From positions 1,728,001 to 1,792,000 of the forward strand of contig OZ245040.1 in the NCBI GenBank assembly GCA_965224195.1: a stretch of 64,000 bases of DNA, written 5' to 3'. Position numbers and translations under genes: made by a program. Under the pieces are notes generated by a model. The model did no database searches. It saw only the letters and a list, made by a program, of their open reading frames with translations, and was not told the origin of the DNA. Below, piece after piece: positions 39,978-51,023 of the stretch. The first letter of the stretch is position 1; each line of letters opens with the position of its first letter. The stretch is from Nitrosopumilus sp. GTDB lineage: Archaea > Thermoproteota > Nitrososphaeria > Nitrososphaerales > Nitrosopumilaceae.

Positions 39978-41186
39978 GTGAAGGTGCTCACGCTAGATGA
40001 TTTTAACCTAAAAGGTAAAACCGTTTTTTTGAGAGTGGACATGAACTGTCCCATAGATCCTGAGACATTAGAGATTTTAGGAACAAAAAGAATTGAAGAA
40101 GCCATTGAAACTTTACAGTCATTAAAAGAAGCAAAAGTTGTCATAGGTTCTCATCAAGGAAGAGTTGGAAATAATGAGTATATAGGAATGGACAAGCATG
40201 CCAAAGTTCTTGAAAAATTAATGGATAGAAAAATAAAATATGTGGAAGATACAATTGGAGAAGCTGCACAGAATGCAATCAAAAATTTAGAAGATGGTGA
40301 AATTTTACTCTTAGATAATCTTCGATTGTGTGCAGAAGAAAATTACGAATTTACTCCAGAAAATGCAGCTAAAACAATCATGGTTTCTCGCTTATCAAAA
40401 TTATTTGATCTATGTGTGTTAGATTCATTTCCAAGTGCCCATAGATCACATCCATCAATAGTTGGATTCCCACAGGTATTACCGGCATGTGCAGGAAGGA
40501 TTGTAGAGAGGGAAGTTAGAAACCTAGACGAAATAATGACAGTTGCCAAAGCACCTCACGTGATTGTCTTAGGAGGATCTAAAATTCCAGACAGGTTAGA
40601 GGCGATTAAACTATTAATTCAGAATGGTCGTGCAGATCATGTTTTGTTAACTGGATTAATTGGCAATGTCTTCATGCGGGCTCAAGCTAGAATAAAATCA
40701 CCACTTGGAATAAAACGAGAAGAAGAAGTTGTTGCAAAGGCACACACATTGATTGGAGAATATCCAGATGTTTTTGCAACACCAGTAGATATTGCAATTG
40801 ACAAAGATGGAGAAAGAATGGAGATGGATGTAAGAGAAATTGGTAAAGGAGACAAGATATTTGATTTAGGTCCAAAGACAGTAGAGTATTATTCAAAATT
40901 AATTGCAGGAGCTGGAACTGTGTTTATTAGTGGACCTGCAGGATTTTTTGAAAAAGAAAACTTCAGTTATGGGACAAAAGCATTACTTAATTCAGTTGCA
41001 AATTCAATGGCAACAACCATTGTAAGTGGTGGACATCTTACTACTGCGTTAAAGCAGCAAGGATTAGCAGATAAAATTAATCATATCAGTACGGCTGGTG
41101 GTGCTCTAGTACTTTATCTCACTGGAGAAAAATTACCAATGATCAAAGCATTAGAAGATGCTGCAATAAAATACAAATCTAAATAG
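39978..41186 (+). CDS. pgk: Phosphoglycerate kinase
   Basis: RVDMNCP, SHQGR, LGGSK, STAGGA. Confidence 0.96.
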   Translation: MKVLTLDDFNLKGKTVFLRVDMNCPIDPETLEILGTKRIEEAIETLQSLKEAKVVIGSHQGRVGNNEYIGMDKHAKVLEKLMDRKIKYVEDTIGEAAQNAIKNLEDGEILLLDNLRLCAEENYEFTPENAAKTIMVSRLSKLFDLCVLDSFPSAHRSHPSIVGFPQVLPACAGRIVEREVRNLDEIMTVAKAPHVIVLGGSKIPDRLEAIKLLIQNGRADHVLLTGLIGNVFMRAQARIKSPLGIKREEEVVAKAHTLIGEYPDVFATPVDIAIDKDGERMEMDVREIGKGDKIFDLGPKTVEYYSKLIAGAGTVFISGPAGFFEKENFSYGTKALLNSVANSMATTIVSGGHLTTALKQQGLADKINHISTAGGALVLYLTGEKLPMIKALEDAAIKYKSK

Positions 41187-41526
41187 CAGATTTACAAGAG
41201 GGATTTGGACATTGTCTTTCTTCTGATGCTCCAAGATAGACATCATTGTTACAAGCATCACAATGGAATTTTTCAATAGGATCAAATAATTTTAGATATA
41301 CAGTAGTTAAATTCTGAGCAATGTTTCTTGCAAGACCAGAATCACAGATATCTGTAAAAAAGGATTCAGTATCATCAATTATCCAAGAAGGATCTAGATC
41401 ACCATTGGATTTTATGATTTCAAAAATCTCATCATTTGTAAATTTAGAATCAATATCATTGAATTTTTCAAAGATTATTTTCCTAATTTGGAGTGCAATT
41501 GGAACTGTAGGAGTAAAATCACTCAT
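41179..41526 (-). CDS. Hypothetical protein with C-terminal Zn ribbon
   Basis: CDAC..CPNPSC. Confidence 0.75.
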   Translation of the reverse strand: MSDFTPTVPIALQIRKIIFEKFNDIDSKFTNDEIFEIIKSNGDLDPSWIIDDTESFFTDICDSGLARNIAQNLTTVYLKLFDPIEKFHCDACNNDVYLGASEERQCPNPSCKSAI

Positions 41527-41527
41527 G

Positions 41528-41971
41528 CTAGTACAGATTATCTGCCTCTTCTTTTAGTTTATCCACATCTTGAGTTTCACTTAGATTCTTTCCGATGTAG
41601 GTATAAAGAGCAGATTTGAGTACTTTGAGAGAGAGTAGGGCACATTTGATTCGAACAGCTTGTAGATGTTCAAGGCCTAATTCACCCAGAACATCATTTT
41701 TTTCAATTGCCCTTGCTTCATCAATGGTTTTTCCTTTTGTAATTTCTGTCAAAACTGAAGAACATGCCATGCAAATTGCACAACCTTTTCCATGAAATTT
41801 AATATCAGTAACTTTGTCTTCATCAATTTTCATATCAATGTCAATACTATCTCCACATAACGGATTAGAATCATGGAAAGTGACATCATGATTTTCAATT
41901 TCGCCATAGTTTATCGGATTTCTGGAATAATCAACAATCATCTCATGGTAAATGTCTGCATTACCACTCAT
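41528..41971 (-). CDS. sufU: SufU/IscU-type scaffold
   Basis: NPLCGD, GCAIC, RIKCA. Confidence 0.92.
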   Translation of the reverse strand: MSGNADIYHEMIVDYSRNPINYGEIENHDVTFHDSNPLCGDSIDIDMKIDEDKVTDIKFHGKGCAICMACSSVLTEITKGKTIDEARAIEKNDVLGELGLEHLQAVRIKCALLSLKVLKSALYTYIGKNLSETQDVDKLKEEADNLY

Positions 41972-43212
41972 AATTTGAACACCTTTGCCACAATATTTAA
42001 TGAATTTACCAGAATATCAATGTCTTGTTTAGTATTGTAAATATAAAAACTAGCACGAGATGTGGCTGCAACATTTAGCCTTTCCATTAATACTTGTGCA
42101 CAGTGATGACCAGATCTAACTGCAATTCCCTCTCCATCAATAATTTGTGCAACATCATGAGGATGAACATCTGCAAAATTAAATGAGATAACTCCACCAC
42201 GTTTTGAAATATCTTTTGTACCATAGATATGAAGTCCTTTAACTGCAGATAATTTTTCAATAGCATATTTTGTTAATTCAATCTCATGTTCTCGTACATT
42301 ATCCATTCCAATTTTAGTAAGATAATCTATTGCAGCACCCAAACCAACAACATCTGCAATGTTTGGAGTACCCGCTTCAAATTTGTAAGGCAAGTCATTC
42401 CATGTTGTTTCATACTTGTGAACTTCTCTAATCATATCACCGCCACCATGGAATGGGCTCATAGTTTCTAGAACAGATTTTTTGACCCACAAGACACCAA
42501 TTCCTGTTGGACCAAGCATTTTATGCCCAGAGAATGCAAAGAAATCACACCCTAATTTTTCAAGATCAACTTTCATGTGTGGAACTGCTTGTGCACCATC
42601 AACTAAAGTAGGCACACCTGCGGCTTTACATTTTTCAATAATCTTTTCAGCATTAGTAATCGTTCCAAGAACATTTGACATTAAACTAAAGGTTACAAGT
42701 TTTACTTTGCCTGTTGCAAGATATTTGTCAAGGTCATCTAAAATTAATTCCCCATTATCATCCATTCCAATATATTCTAATTTTGCACGTTTTTCTTGAG
42801 TAAGAAGCTGCCATGGAACAATATTACTATGATGTTCATATTCAGTTGTAACAATGATGTCACCTTCATTGATGTGAGGTCTACCCCATGCATATGCAAC
42901 TAAATTAATTGCTTCAGTTGTACCACGAACAAAAATAAGTTCTTGTCGATTTTTTACGTTAACAAAATTTGCAATTTTATCTCTTGAAGCCTCATAAGCT
43001 TCAGTTGCTTCTTCAGCAAGTGCATAAACAGCTCTGTGAATATTTGCATTATGATTTTGATAATAATCAGTAATGGCATCTATTACTTGATTTGGTTTTT
43101 GTGTTGTAGATGCATTGTCTAAATAAACAAGTTGCTTATTATCTCTAACAATTCTTTTTAGAATTGGAAAATCATTTCGTATATTTTCAAATAATGATTC
43201 TGAGCTTTGCAT
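41968..43212 (-). CDS. sufS: Cysteine desulfurase SufS
   Basis: YLDNAST, SGHKM, RSGHHCA. Confidence 0.96.
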   Translation of the reverse strand: MQSSESLFENIRNDFPILKRIVRDNKQLVYLDNASTTQKPNQVIDAITDYYQNHNANIHRAVYALAEEATEAYEASRDKIANFVNVKNRQELIFVRGTTEAINLVAYAWGRPHINEGDIIVTTEYEHHSNIVPWQLLTQEKRAKLEYIGMDDNGELILDDLDKYLATGKVKLVTFSLMSNVLGTITNAEKIIEKCKAAGVPTLVDGAQAVPHMKVDLEKLGCDFFAFSGHKMLGPTGIGVLWVKKSVLETMSPFHGGGDMIREVHKYETTWNDLPYKFEAGTPNIADVVGLGAAIDYLTKIGMDNVREHEIELTKYAIEKLSAVKGLHIYGTKDISKRGGVISFNFADVHPHDVAQIIDGEGIAVRSGHHCAQVLMERLNVAATSRASFYIYNTKQDIDILVNSLNIVAKVFKL

Positions 43213-43215
43213 ATC

Positions 43216-43524
43216 TTAAATCTTCACGTAAATTTCATTAGAGTCTATTTTAACATTATATACCGAAAGAGGTGTTTCAGCAGGAAGATTTTGTGGCTCA
43301 CCATTTACTAAATTAAAAACAGAGAGATGTAGAGGACATCGAACACCCTCATCACTAAGAAATCCGGTTGAAAGGTCTGCATCTGCATGAGAGCACATTA
43401 AATCAGTAGCATGAATTTTACCCTTTAAATTTGCGATAAGGAGTTTTTTGCCTTCATGTACAAATCCAAAAAGTTGACCTTCTTTTACCTGCTCCAAAGT
43501 GCAAGCTTTAATCCATTCAGACAA
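43216..43524 (-). CDS. Rieske [2Fe-2S] ferredoxin
   Basis: CSH...CPLH. Confidence 0.92.
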   Translation of the reverse strand: MSEWIKACTLEQVKEGQLFGFVHEGKKLLIANLKGKIHATDLMCSHADADLSTGFLSDEGVRCPLHLSVFNLVNGEPQNLPAETPLSVYNVKIDSNEIYVKI

Positions 43525-43528
43525 AATA

Positions 43529-44929
43529 TCACCGATACTTGTAGTGTTGTTCTATTTCAGAGTCTTCATTGTAGCGAGTCTCTTCAATTTCAACAAATTT
43601 AGTCAATTCTTCATCGGTGTTAATTGTAAGTTCTTTATTCTCCCATTTAGATTCAATAAGATAAGCAATCCATGCTCTGACTTGGATGGACATTTTTCGT
43701 GAAAGAGGTTCCAAAAAGCCTTCAACAATTATTCGCTCAGCTTCTGCATGGGTAAGACATCTAGTTTTAAGATAGAAAATTTGTTCTTCATCAATTTGTG
43801 CAACAGATGCAGAGTGTGTAGCCTTTACATCATTAGTGAAAATTTCCAATCCAGGAATTGCGTCAGATTTTGCATCTTTATCTAAAAGAATAGAACGACC
43901 AGACAAGAATGAATTAGATTTTGCAGCGTTTTCTTTAATTCTAATCATTCCTTTGAAGAGGGATTTTGATTTATTTCTTAAAATTGATTTTTCAACAACT
44001 CTACCTTCAGTTGCTGGGCTTTCATGATTAACATTAGTTTGAATATCAAATGATTGCTCATTATTTCCAAAAATTACTTCTGAATCATTTGAAGATGCCC
44101 CACGGCCATTAAGGAAATATTCGATTTTGTATCTAGATAGCATTGAACCAAATAATCCAGAATACCAATTAACTTTAGAATCTTGTGCTAAATCAGTTCG
44201 TCTCGTTGTAAAAGTTACAGCATGTTGATCCATCATTTGTAAAGTGGTAATATCTAGTTGCGCATTTGCTGCAACATTGGTATTTAATAATTCAAGATAT
44301 GCTTGTTGTGCTTCAGTTTTTGGAGAATACAACTCTTGAACTATTGCAGCTTTACTATTCTCATCTGCAAATATTATATTTCTAGAAATTACAGATTGAT
44401 CATCATCAGATAGACAAGTCAAAAAGTAAACAGCTTTATCTAAGACTAAATTACGTGGGATGTGAATAAATATTCCAGAATTAAATGCAGCATTATTTAG
44501 TGCAGTAAATTTATCTTCTTCAGATTTAGAAGCCTCTAGTGCTTTTTTGACTAATTCAGGATTATTTTTAATTGCATCAGATATTGAAGAAACCACTAAT
44601 CCTTTAGATTTTAAATCATCAGGGAGGTTAATTTTATGAATATTTGTTCCAATTTGAATAATACAAATTTCTTTTTCTAATTCACTTAATCTTTTTTTAA
44701 GGAAATCTGGAACAGTTGCAGTTGTAGAAGTTGAAAGAGACACTTTTTCTGGATCCATTTTTTTTGCATCAGTGTATTTGTTGTAAAGTGGAGATAACTC
44801 AATTGCCAAACCATCATAGACAGATAGAGAATTTTTTCTATAATCTTTTAGCCAATCAGGTTCATTTCTCGATGAAGAAATCTCATTGATATGAGTAGTA
44901 TTGAGTTTTGAAAGGAGAGATTGGGACAT
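43529..44929 (-). CDS. sufD: Fe-S assembly protein SufD
   Basis: PGLEI..DVKATHSA, QIFYL. Confidence 0.92.
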   Translation of the reverse strand: MSQSLLSKLNTTHINEISSSRNEPDWLKDYRKNSLSVYDGLAIELSPLYNKYTDAKKMDPEKVSLSTSTTATVPDFLKKRLSELEKEICIIQIGTNIHKINLPDDLKSKGLVVSSISDAIKNNPELVKKALEASKSEEDKFTALNNAAFNSGIFIHIPRNLVLDKAVYFLTCLSDDDQSVISRNIIFADENSKAAIVQELYSPKTEAQQAYLELLNTNVAANAQLDITTLQMMDQHAVTFTTRRTDLAQDSKVNWYSGLFGSMLSRYKIEYFLNGRGASSNDSEVIFGNNEQSFDIQTNVNHESPATEGRVVEKSILRNKSKSLFKGMIRIKENAAKSNSFLSGRSILLDKDAKSDAIPGLEIFTNDVKATHSASVAQIDEEQIFYLKTRCLTHAEAERIIVEGFLEPLSRKMSIQVRAWIAYLIESKWENKELTINTDEELTKFVEIEETRYNEDSEIEQHYKYR

Positions 44930-44958
44930 GATTCATCAAAATTATATTTTTGGGGAGA

Positions 44959-46368
44959 TTATCCCACTGAGTCATCCATCTCTAGTTTGATGAGTCTGTT
45001 TAATTCAACAGCATACTCCATTGGTAATTCTTTTGTGAATGGTTCCATGAAACCATTTACAATTAGAGATAGTGCCTCTTCCTCGTTGAATCCTCTACTC
45101 ATAAGATAGAAGATTTGTTCATCACCAATTTTTCCAACAGTTGCTTCGTGTGTAATTGTTGCATCTTCTTGATTAATTTCCATGTATGGATATGTATCAG
45201 TTTTAGATGTATCATCTAAAAGCAATGCATCACATCTTACAGTAGATTTTACACCAGTAGCACCTTTTGCTACATGTAACATTCCTCTGTAAGTAGAACG
45301 GCCATCAAGTCGGCTTACTGACTTTGATGTAACTTTTGAAGTAGTATTTGGTGCAAGATGAACCATTTTAGCACCTGTATCTTGATGTTGTCCTTTACCA
45401 GCAAAGGCAATAGATAGTGTTTCACCATATGCACGTTCACCCATAAGGTAAACTCCAGGATATTTCATTGTTAGTTTACTACCAATGTTTCCATCAATCC
45501 ATTCAACAGTTGCGCCTTCATGTGCATAAGCACGTTTTGTTACAAGATTGTAAACATCTGCACTCCAATTTTGAATTGTAGTGTATCTTAGTTTTGCATC
45601 TTTAAGTGCAACTAACTCTACAACTGCAGAGTGTAGTGATTCTGAAGAATAAACAGGAGCAGTACAACCTTCAATGTAATGTACTTCTGCACCTTCATCA
45701 ACAATAATCAATGTTCTTTCAAATTGACCAATATTTTCTGCATTAATTCTAAAGTATGCTTGTAGAGGCATGTCAATATGAACACCTGGTGGAACATAGA
45801 TGAAAGAGCCACCACTCCACACTGCACTGTTAAGTGCTGCAAATTTGTTATCCTCTGGAGGAATAATCTTACCAAAGTATTTTTTGAATAACTCTGGATG
45901 TTCAATAAGAGCTGCATCAGTATCTAAAAAGAGAACACCTTGTTTTGCTAAATCTTCTCTTAGACTGTGATATACAACTTCAGATTCATATTGTGCACCT
46001 ACACCTGCTAAGAATTTCTTTTCAGCTTCTGGAATTCCTAGTTTGTCAAATGTAGCTTTGACATTGTCTGGAACATCATCCCAGTTCTTTTCTACTTTGT
46101 CAGATGCTTTGGCATAATAGTAAATATTTTGGAAATCAATTACACTAAGATCTCCACCCCAAGTTGGCATTGGTTTTTGCATAAAAATTTCATAAGAACG
46201 TAATCTGAAATCAAGCATCCATTGTGGCTCTTTTTTCATTTTACTGATTTCTATTACAGTGTCCTTAGACAGGCCTTTCTTGCTAAGGTGGACATACAAT
46301 TCTGTAGAATCCTTAAAGTCATATTGTGAATAATCCATATCTAGATTTTCAGCAGTCATGTTCGTCAT
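44959..46368 (-). CDS. sufB: Fe-S assembly protein SufB
   Basis: [26 protein letters not shown]. Confidence 0.97.
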   Translation of the reverse strand: MTNMTAENLDMDYSQYDFKDSTELYVHLSKKGLSKDTVIEISKMKKEPQWMLDFRLRSYEIFMQKPMPTWGGDLSVIDFQNIYYYAKASDKVEKNWDDVPDNVKATFDKLGIPEAEKKFLAGVGAQYESEVVYHSLREDLAKQGVLFLDTDAALIEHPELFKKYFGKIIPPEDNKFAALNSAVWSGGSFIYVPPGVHIDMPLQAYFRINAENIGQFERTLIIVDEGAEVHYIEGCTAPVYSSESLHSAVVELVALKDAKLRYTTIQNWSADVYNLVTKRAYAHEGATVEWIDGNIGSKLTMKYPGVYLMGERAYGETLSIAFAGKGQHQDTGAKMVHLAPNTTSKVTSKSVSRLDGRSTYRGMLHVAKGATGVKSTVRCDALLLDDTSKTDTYPYMEINQEDATITHEATVGKIGDEQIFYLMSRGFNEEEALSLIVNGFMEPFTKELPMEYAVELNRLIKLEMDDSVG

Positions 46369-46414
46369 AACTCCGTTATATTATAAATACATGAGGAAAA
46401 ATAGGCGGAGCTAG

Positions 46415-46428
46415 TTAGGGCAAGCTAA
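46415..46428. promoter_or_regulatory. TTAG-N6-CTAA palindrome upstream of sufB
   Basis: ttagggcaagctaa; 11/14 identical to 24514-24527. Confidence 0.5.
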
Positions 46429-46447
46429 AATTACAAATTCATCCAAT

Positions 46448-47242
46448 TTAACTAAGACTGGTTTTCACAGTATCAAATGCACCTGCAACAGTATGTATTT
46501 CAGATACGATATAAGAAACATCAAATTTCTTTAGTTCCTCAGATGTAAAAGGTCCAATACCAACCAAAGACAATTTTGAGAGACGAGTAATCAAATCAGA
46601 TTTTTGATAGTCTTTTTGCATAATTTCAAAAAATCCACGAACAGATGAAGCACTAGTAAAAATAACACCATCAATCTTATTTTGAGAAAATAATTCTCGA
46701 AATCCATTCCATTGAGTTGTGTCTCTAAATGCACACACATCATACAGATGAATCTCTACAACATTGATTCCAATCTTGTTTAGTAATTCTTTGAGAAAAG
46801 AGTTTGCTGCACCACTACGAGGAATAATTACTTTTTTACCAACGGCATGAATTTGAGAAAATTCTTCACCAACCCCAACTGAAGAATTATTTTTTGGTTC
46901 GTGATTTACTTTGATACCATAGACATCCAAAGTTGCCGTGGTTTTAGGACCAACTGACATTACTATAGTATTTGCAACTGCCAATTGTAATTTTTCAAAG
47001 TGTCCAACATTTTTTGCAGTATCAAATAATATTTTTACAGCTTTTGAGCTTAAGAATACAGAGTAATCAGGGTGTTCAGTTTCCACTAAAGTCAAAAATT
47101 CATCAACAATTTTCTCGCCCTTACTTACAAGTTCTATTGTAGGTAATGAAATTGGTATTGCTTTGTTTTGTTCAGCAAGAGAGATAAATTCTGATGCATC
47201 AGCTTTTGAACGAGTTATGGCAATTGTTTTTCCATCAAGCAT
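46448..47242 (-). CDS. hemD: Uroporphyrinogen-III synthase
   Basis: AITR, VGPKT, FTSASS, IGPFT. Confidence 0.9.
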   Translation of the reverse strand: MLDGKTIAITRSKADASEFISLAEQNKAIPISLPTIELVSKGEKIVDEFLTLVETEHPDYSVFLSSKAVKILFDTAKNVGHFEKLQLAVANTIVMSVGPKTTATLDVYGIKVNHEPKNNSSVGVGEEFSQIHAVGKKVIIPRSGAANSFLKELLNKIGINVVEIHLYDVCAFRDTTQWNGFRELFSQNKIDGVIFTSASSVRGFFEIMQKDYQKSDLITRLSKLSLVGIGPFTSEELKKFDVSYIVSEIHTVAGAFDTVKTSLS

Positions 47243-47982
47243 TATTTCCAACCTATAGTATCTGACAAATCAACTACTTTTCCAATTATGATATTTGTAG
47301 GAGGAATAATTTTGTTTTCTTTAACTTTTTTTGCAATATTTGTGACTGTACCTTTGATCATTTTTTGTTTAGGAGTAGTACCATTTTGAATTACAGCAAC
47401 TGGAGTTTTTTTATCCATTCCACCAACAATCAATTGTTTGCAAATAACATCTATTCTAGACAAACCCATCATAATTACAATAGTATCAACTGATTTTGCA
47501 AGGTTTTTCCATTTGACAATTTCTTTTTTCTTTTCTGGATCTTCATGTCCTGTAACAAAAACTACTGATGATGCATATTTTCTATGAGTTAACGGAATTC
47601 CAGCATATGTTGCTGAACCAATTCCAGAAGTAATCCCTGGAACAATTTCATATTTTATTTTATTTTCTTTAAGAAATTCTGCCTCTTCACCACCACGTCC
47701 AAAAATAATTGGATCACCGCCCTTTAGTCTAACAACATTTTTTTTAGATTTTGCATATTGTACCATTAAATCATTAGTTGTGATTTGATGTGTTGTGTCA
47801 TCCCCTACTGCACGACCAACATAGACTTTTTCTGCCTTTTTTGGAATCATTGAAATTATTTTTTTGCTAACTAATCTATCATACAAAACAACATCTGCTT
47901 TTTCAAGTAATTCGACAGCACGTAACGTAATTAATTTACTATCTCCAGGGCCTGCACCAACAAGATACACTTTTCCAGTCAT
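47242..47982 (-). CDS. cobA: Uroporphyrinogen-III C-methyltransferase
   Basis: LVGAGPGD, RLKGGDP..FGRGGEE. Confidence 0.96.
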   Translation of the reverse strand: MTGKVYLVGAGPGDSKLITLRAVELLEKADVVLYDRLVSKKIISMIPKKAEKVYVGRAVGDDTTHQITTNDLMVQYAKSKKNVVRLKGGDPIIFGRGGEEAEFLKENKIKYEIVPGITSGIGSATYAGIPLTHRKYASSVVFVTGHEDPEKKKEIVKWKNLAKSVDTIVIMMGLSRIDVICKQLIVGGMDKKTPVAVIQNGTTPKQKMIKGTVTNIAKKVKENKIIPPTNIIIGKVVDLSDTIGWK

Positions 47983-48914
47983 GACTTATTCCATTCCTCC
48001 ACTTTTTCTCTCCAATTTAATGCAAGATCATTTACTCCTTTCATACGAAGTTCTTCTCCTACGCTTTTTCCCAGAGATGCAGGATCGTCCTTCTTTCCAG
48101 TTTTATTTACCAGAAGAGATTGTTTTCCATCTACAGAGAATGCAGACACAGTCAAAGTCATCTCAGAGTCATTTGATTTTGCATATGCCCCTAATGGGAA
48201 TCTGCATCCAGAATCAACATAATCAGAAAGGGAACGCTCAGCCTCAATCTCTAAACGAGAATTAGCATCTTCAATTTTCTTTAACATTGAAATTGTTTTA
48301 ACATCATCTGCTCTTGCAACAATTGCAATAGCACCTTGGCCTGGAGAAGGAGAAAAATCTTCAATGGATAATACAGTGTATTTTACATCCACTCCTAGTC
48401 TTAAAATTCCAGCTTGTGCTAGAACTATTGCATCATAGTTTTCACCAGATGTTTTTTTAATTCTAGTTTCAATATTTCCACGTATTGGTTTTACAATTAC
48501 ATCAGGTCTTTTTCTTGAAACTTGAACTGCTCTTCTTAATGAACTAGTTCCAATTACTGAACCTTCTTTGATATTGTCTAGTGTTGAACCATCTGAAGAT
48601 ATGAATACATCATTAACTACTTCGCGTTTTGGAATAGATGCTAGTATTAGGTTTTCATCTAGTTCGGATGGAACATCCTTCAAACTATGTACTGCAAAAT
48701 CCACTTCCTTTTGAGCAACGGCTCTATCAATCTCTTTTTCAAAAATTCCTTTTTGATCTATTGTAAATAATGGTCGAGTATCAATATCACCCTTTGTTGT
48801 AATTGGTTTAATTTCATATTCACAATCAGGATTTACTTTTTTCAATTCAGAAATTACCCAGTTTGTCTGTGCAACAGATAACTGACTTCCTCTAGATCCT
48901 ACTGTATACTTCAA
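47979..48914 (-). CDS. hemC: Hydroxymethylbilane synthase
   Basis: HSLKD, GTSSLRR, RGNIETR. Confidence 0.96.
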   Translation of the reverse strand: MKYTVGSRGSQLSVAQTNWVISELKKVNPDCEYEIKPITTKGDIDTRPLFTIDQKGIFEKEIDRAVAQKEVDFAVHSLKDVPSELDENLILASIPKREVVNDVFISSDGSTLDNIKEGSVIGTSSLRRAVQVSRKRPDVIVKPIRGNIETRIKKTSGENYDAIVLAQAGILRLGVDVKYTVLSIEDFSPSPGQGAIAIVARADDVKTISMLKKIEDANSRLEIEAERSLSDYVDSGCRFPLGAYAKSNDSEMTLTVSAFSVDGKQSLLVNKTGKKDDPASLGKSVGEELRMKGVNDLALNWREKVEEWNKS

Positions 48915-50191
48915 TTTTTCACCGATTTTAATGCTAAATTATATACATCAAGTGTTTTGTTTAGATCAGTTTGAGTATGCGCATCAGAGAGAAAAACTAC
49001 TTCAAACTGAGACGGTGCAATGAAAACTCCATTTTTCAATAAAGTTCGGAATAGTTTTTGGAATTTCTTGGCATTTGCGTTCTTTGAAGTTTGATAATTT
49101 ACAACAGGCTTGTTTGTAAAGAAAATTTGAAACATTGAGGCTGTAAAATTGATTTGGTGAGGGATTTTCATGTCTGTAGCCATATCATCTAATGCTGTAG
49201 AAAACAAAAGATTGAATCTCTCAAGTTTTGAATAGAGTTTATTTTTGATTTTGTTAATTGTTTTAATTGAACTAATGGCAGCACTAACAGAAATAGGATT
49301 ACCAGCAAATGTACTTGCTTGGTAAACTTTGCCACCAGGAGAAAGTAAATCCATAATTTCTTTTTTACCGCCCACAGCTGAAATTGTAAATCCATTGCTT
49401 AGTGCTTTAGCAATTGTAGTAATATCAGGCTCAATTCCAAAATGCTCTTGTGCTCCACCAGGTGCAACTCTAAAACCAGTAACAACCTCATCAAAAATTA
49501 ATGGGATGTTATTTTCTTTAGTAATCTTTCGTAAATCAGAGAGGAAATTCTTTTCAGGTAAGATTAATCCCATATTAGCTAAAATTGGTTCTACAATAAC
49601 TCCTGCAATGTCTTTATTTTTTTTAATTGTTTTTTGCAAATCTTCTATATTGTTATACTCTACAACCAAAGTATTTTTTGAAACTTCATCCAGCCCACCA
49701 TCAGATACAGAAATTACATTATGTGCAGAACCAGAACCAGCTTTAACTAAAACAGAATCATGTGCACCATGATAACACCCTTCAAATTTTATTATTTTTT
49801 TCTTTTTTGTAAAACCACGTGCCAATCTAATTGCAGTCATTGTAGCTTCACCACCAGTATTCATCAATCTTACTTTATCAACAGATGAAAAATTTCCAAT
49901 AATTAATTTTGAAAGTTCAATTTCAGATTCAGTAGGAGTACAGTAAAGAGTGCCTTTTGTTAATTGATTAGAAACAGATTTGAGAATTTCTTTGCGTCGA
50001 TGTCCTAAGAGTAAAGCCCCATATCCATTGCAAAAGTCGATGTAACGATTGTTATCAGCATCCCAGATGTATGCCCCATTTGCTTTTTTTGTAAAGAACG
50101 GATATGGCTCAAAATATCTAACTGGGCTATTAACGCCTGAGGGGATTACTTTTTTCGCAATATTGAATAATTTTTTGGATTCAGACACCAT
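48911..50191 (-). CDS. hemL: Glutamate-1-semialdehyde 2,1-aminomutase
   Basis: GVNSPVR, GCYHG, FDEVVTGFR, PSQFE. Confidence 0.96.
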   Translation of the reverse strand: MVSESKKLFNIAKKVIPSGVNSPVRYFEPYPFFTKKANGAYIWDADNNRYIDFCNGYGALLLGHRRKEILKSVSNQLTKGTLYCTPTESEIELSKLIIGNFSSVDKVRLMNTGGEATMTAIRLARGFTKKKKIIKFEGCYHGAHDSVLVKAGSGSAHNVISVSDGGLDEVSKNTLVVEYNNIEDLQKTIKKNKDIAGVIVEPILANMGLILPEKNFLSDLRKITKENNIPLIFDEVVTGFRVAPGGAQEHFGIEPDITTIAKALSNGFTISAVGGKKEIMDLLSPGGKVYQASTFAGNPISVSAAISSIKTINKIKNKLYSKLERFNLLFSTALDDMATDMKIPHQINFTASMFQIFFTNKPVVNYQTSKNANAKKFQKLFRTLLKNGVFIAPSQFEVVFLSDAHTQTDLNKTLDVYNLALKSVKN

Positions 50192-50450
50192 TAAAATGGT
50201 ATTTTAGGTCATTATTATTCGTAATAGGAAACAGAAAAGTACTGTTTACATAATAACTCTCTGGGATCAAAATTGTGCCAGTTAACTACATCAGTACATT
50301 ATTGACTCGTGAAGAGTTTTTTGATAAAGCCTAGATAAAATCATACATTCATTACATTGTGTAAGATAATGTTACACAACAAACTCAGTATTTCCCAGTA
50401 TGTGAATATTCCAATTACATATAATAACAAAAAATTAATTTTTACATTTT

Positions 50451-50552
50451 ATGACTGCTAAAGAAACTAGATGTAAAAAATGCGGGGAAAAATTCTCCAA
50501 TCGTGCTAGCAGTTATTGTTCAAATAAATGTGCACAAAGTGATCTTGGATAG
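50451..50552 (+). CDS. 33-aa Cys4 Zn-finger microprotein
   Basis: MTAKETRCKKCGEKFSNRASSYCSNKCAQSDLG. Confidence 0.6.
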   Translation: MTAKETRCKKCGEKFSNRASSYCSNKCAQSDLG

Positions 50553-51023
50553 AATATTACAAGTTAAAAATAAAATTGGATTTTTTTACATTTAGATAAT
50601 TAAAACAGCTTAAGTGGAAAAAACAATGTAAACCACCCAAACACAATCATAAGAAATGCTGTTTTTACTGCAAATCGTAATCTATCAGGTTTAATCTTAT
50701 CCATTACAAGGACAACCCCTAATGAAATAAAAGGTACTGTGAGAATAAAATAATATGGAAACATCACTCTTCCAGTAAATTGCAGTAACAAATATGGAAC
50801 ATACATGGAAATCAATCCAGAAGCAAGGAACAGTGTTGTTTTATCTCGTTTTTTGAAAATACCATATATGATTAATGCAATTGTGGACCAGAATCCTATG
50901 ATCCATAAAGATTGGTTTGGATCTCCTCTCCATTCAATTCCAAATACTTTTCCAATATGCAATACGCCATTGTAGGTATCATCAAATGGTTTTTCCTCAA
51001 TCCAACCTAAACCATTAGCATTA

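Noticed and set aside
50200-50440. Intergenic stretch upstream of hemL with tacataataact also seen inverted at ~17509-17520
   Set aside because: 12-nt AT-rich match is plausible by chance; no structure or ORF recognised
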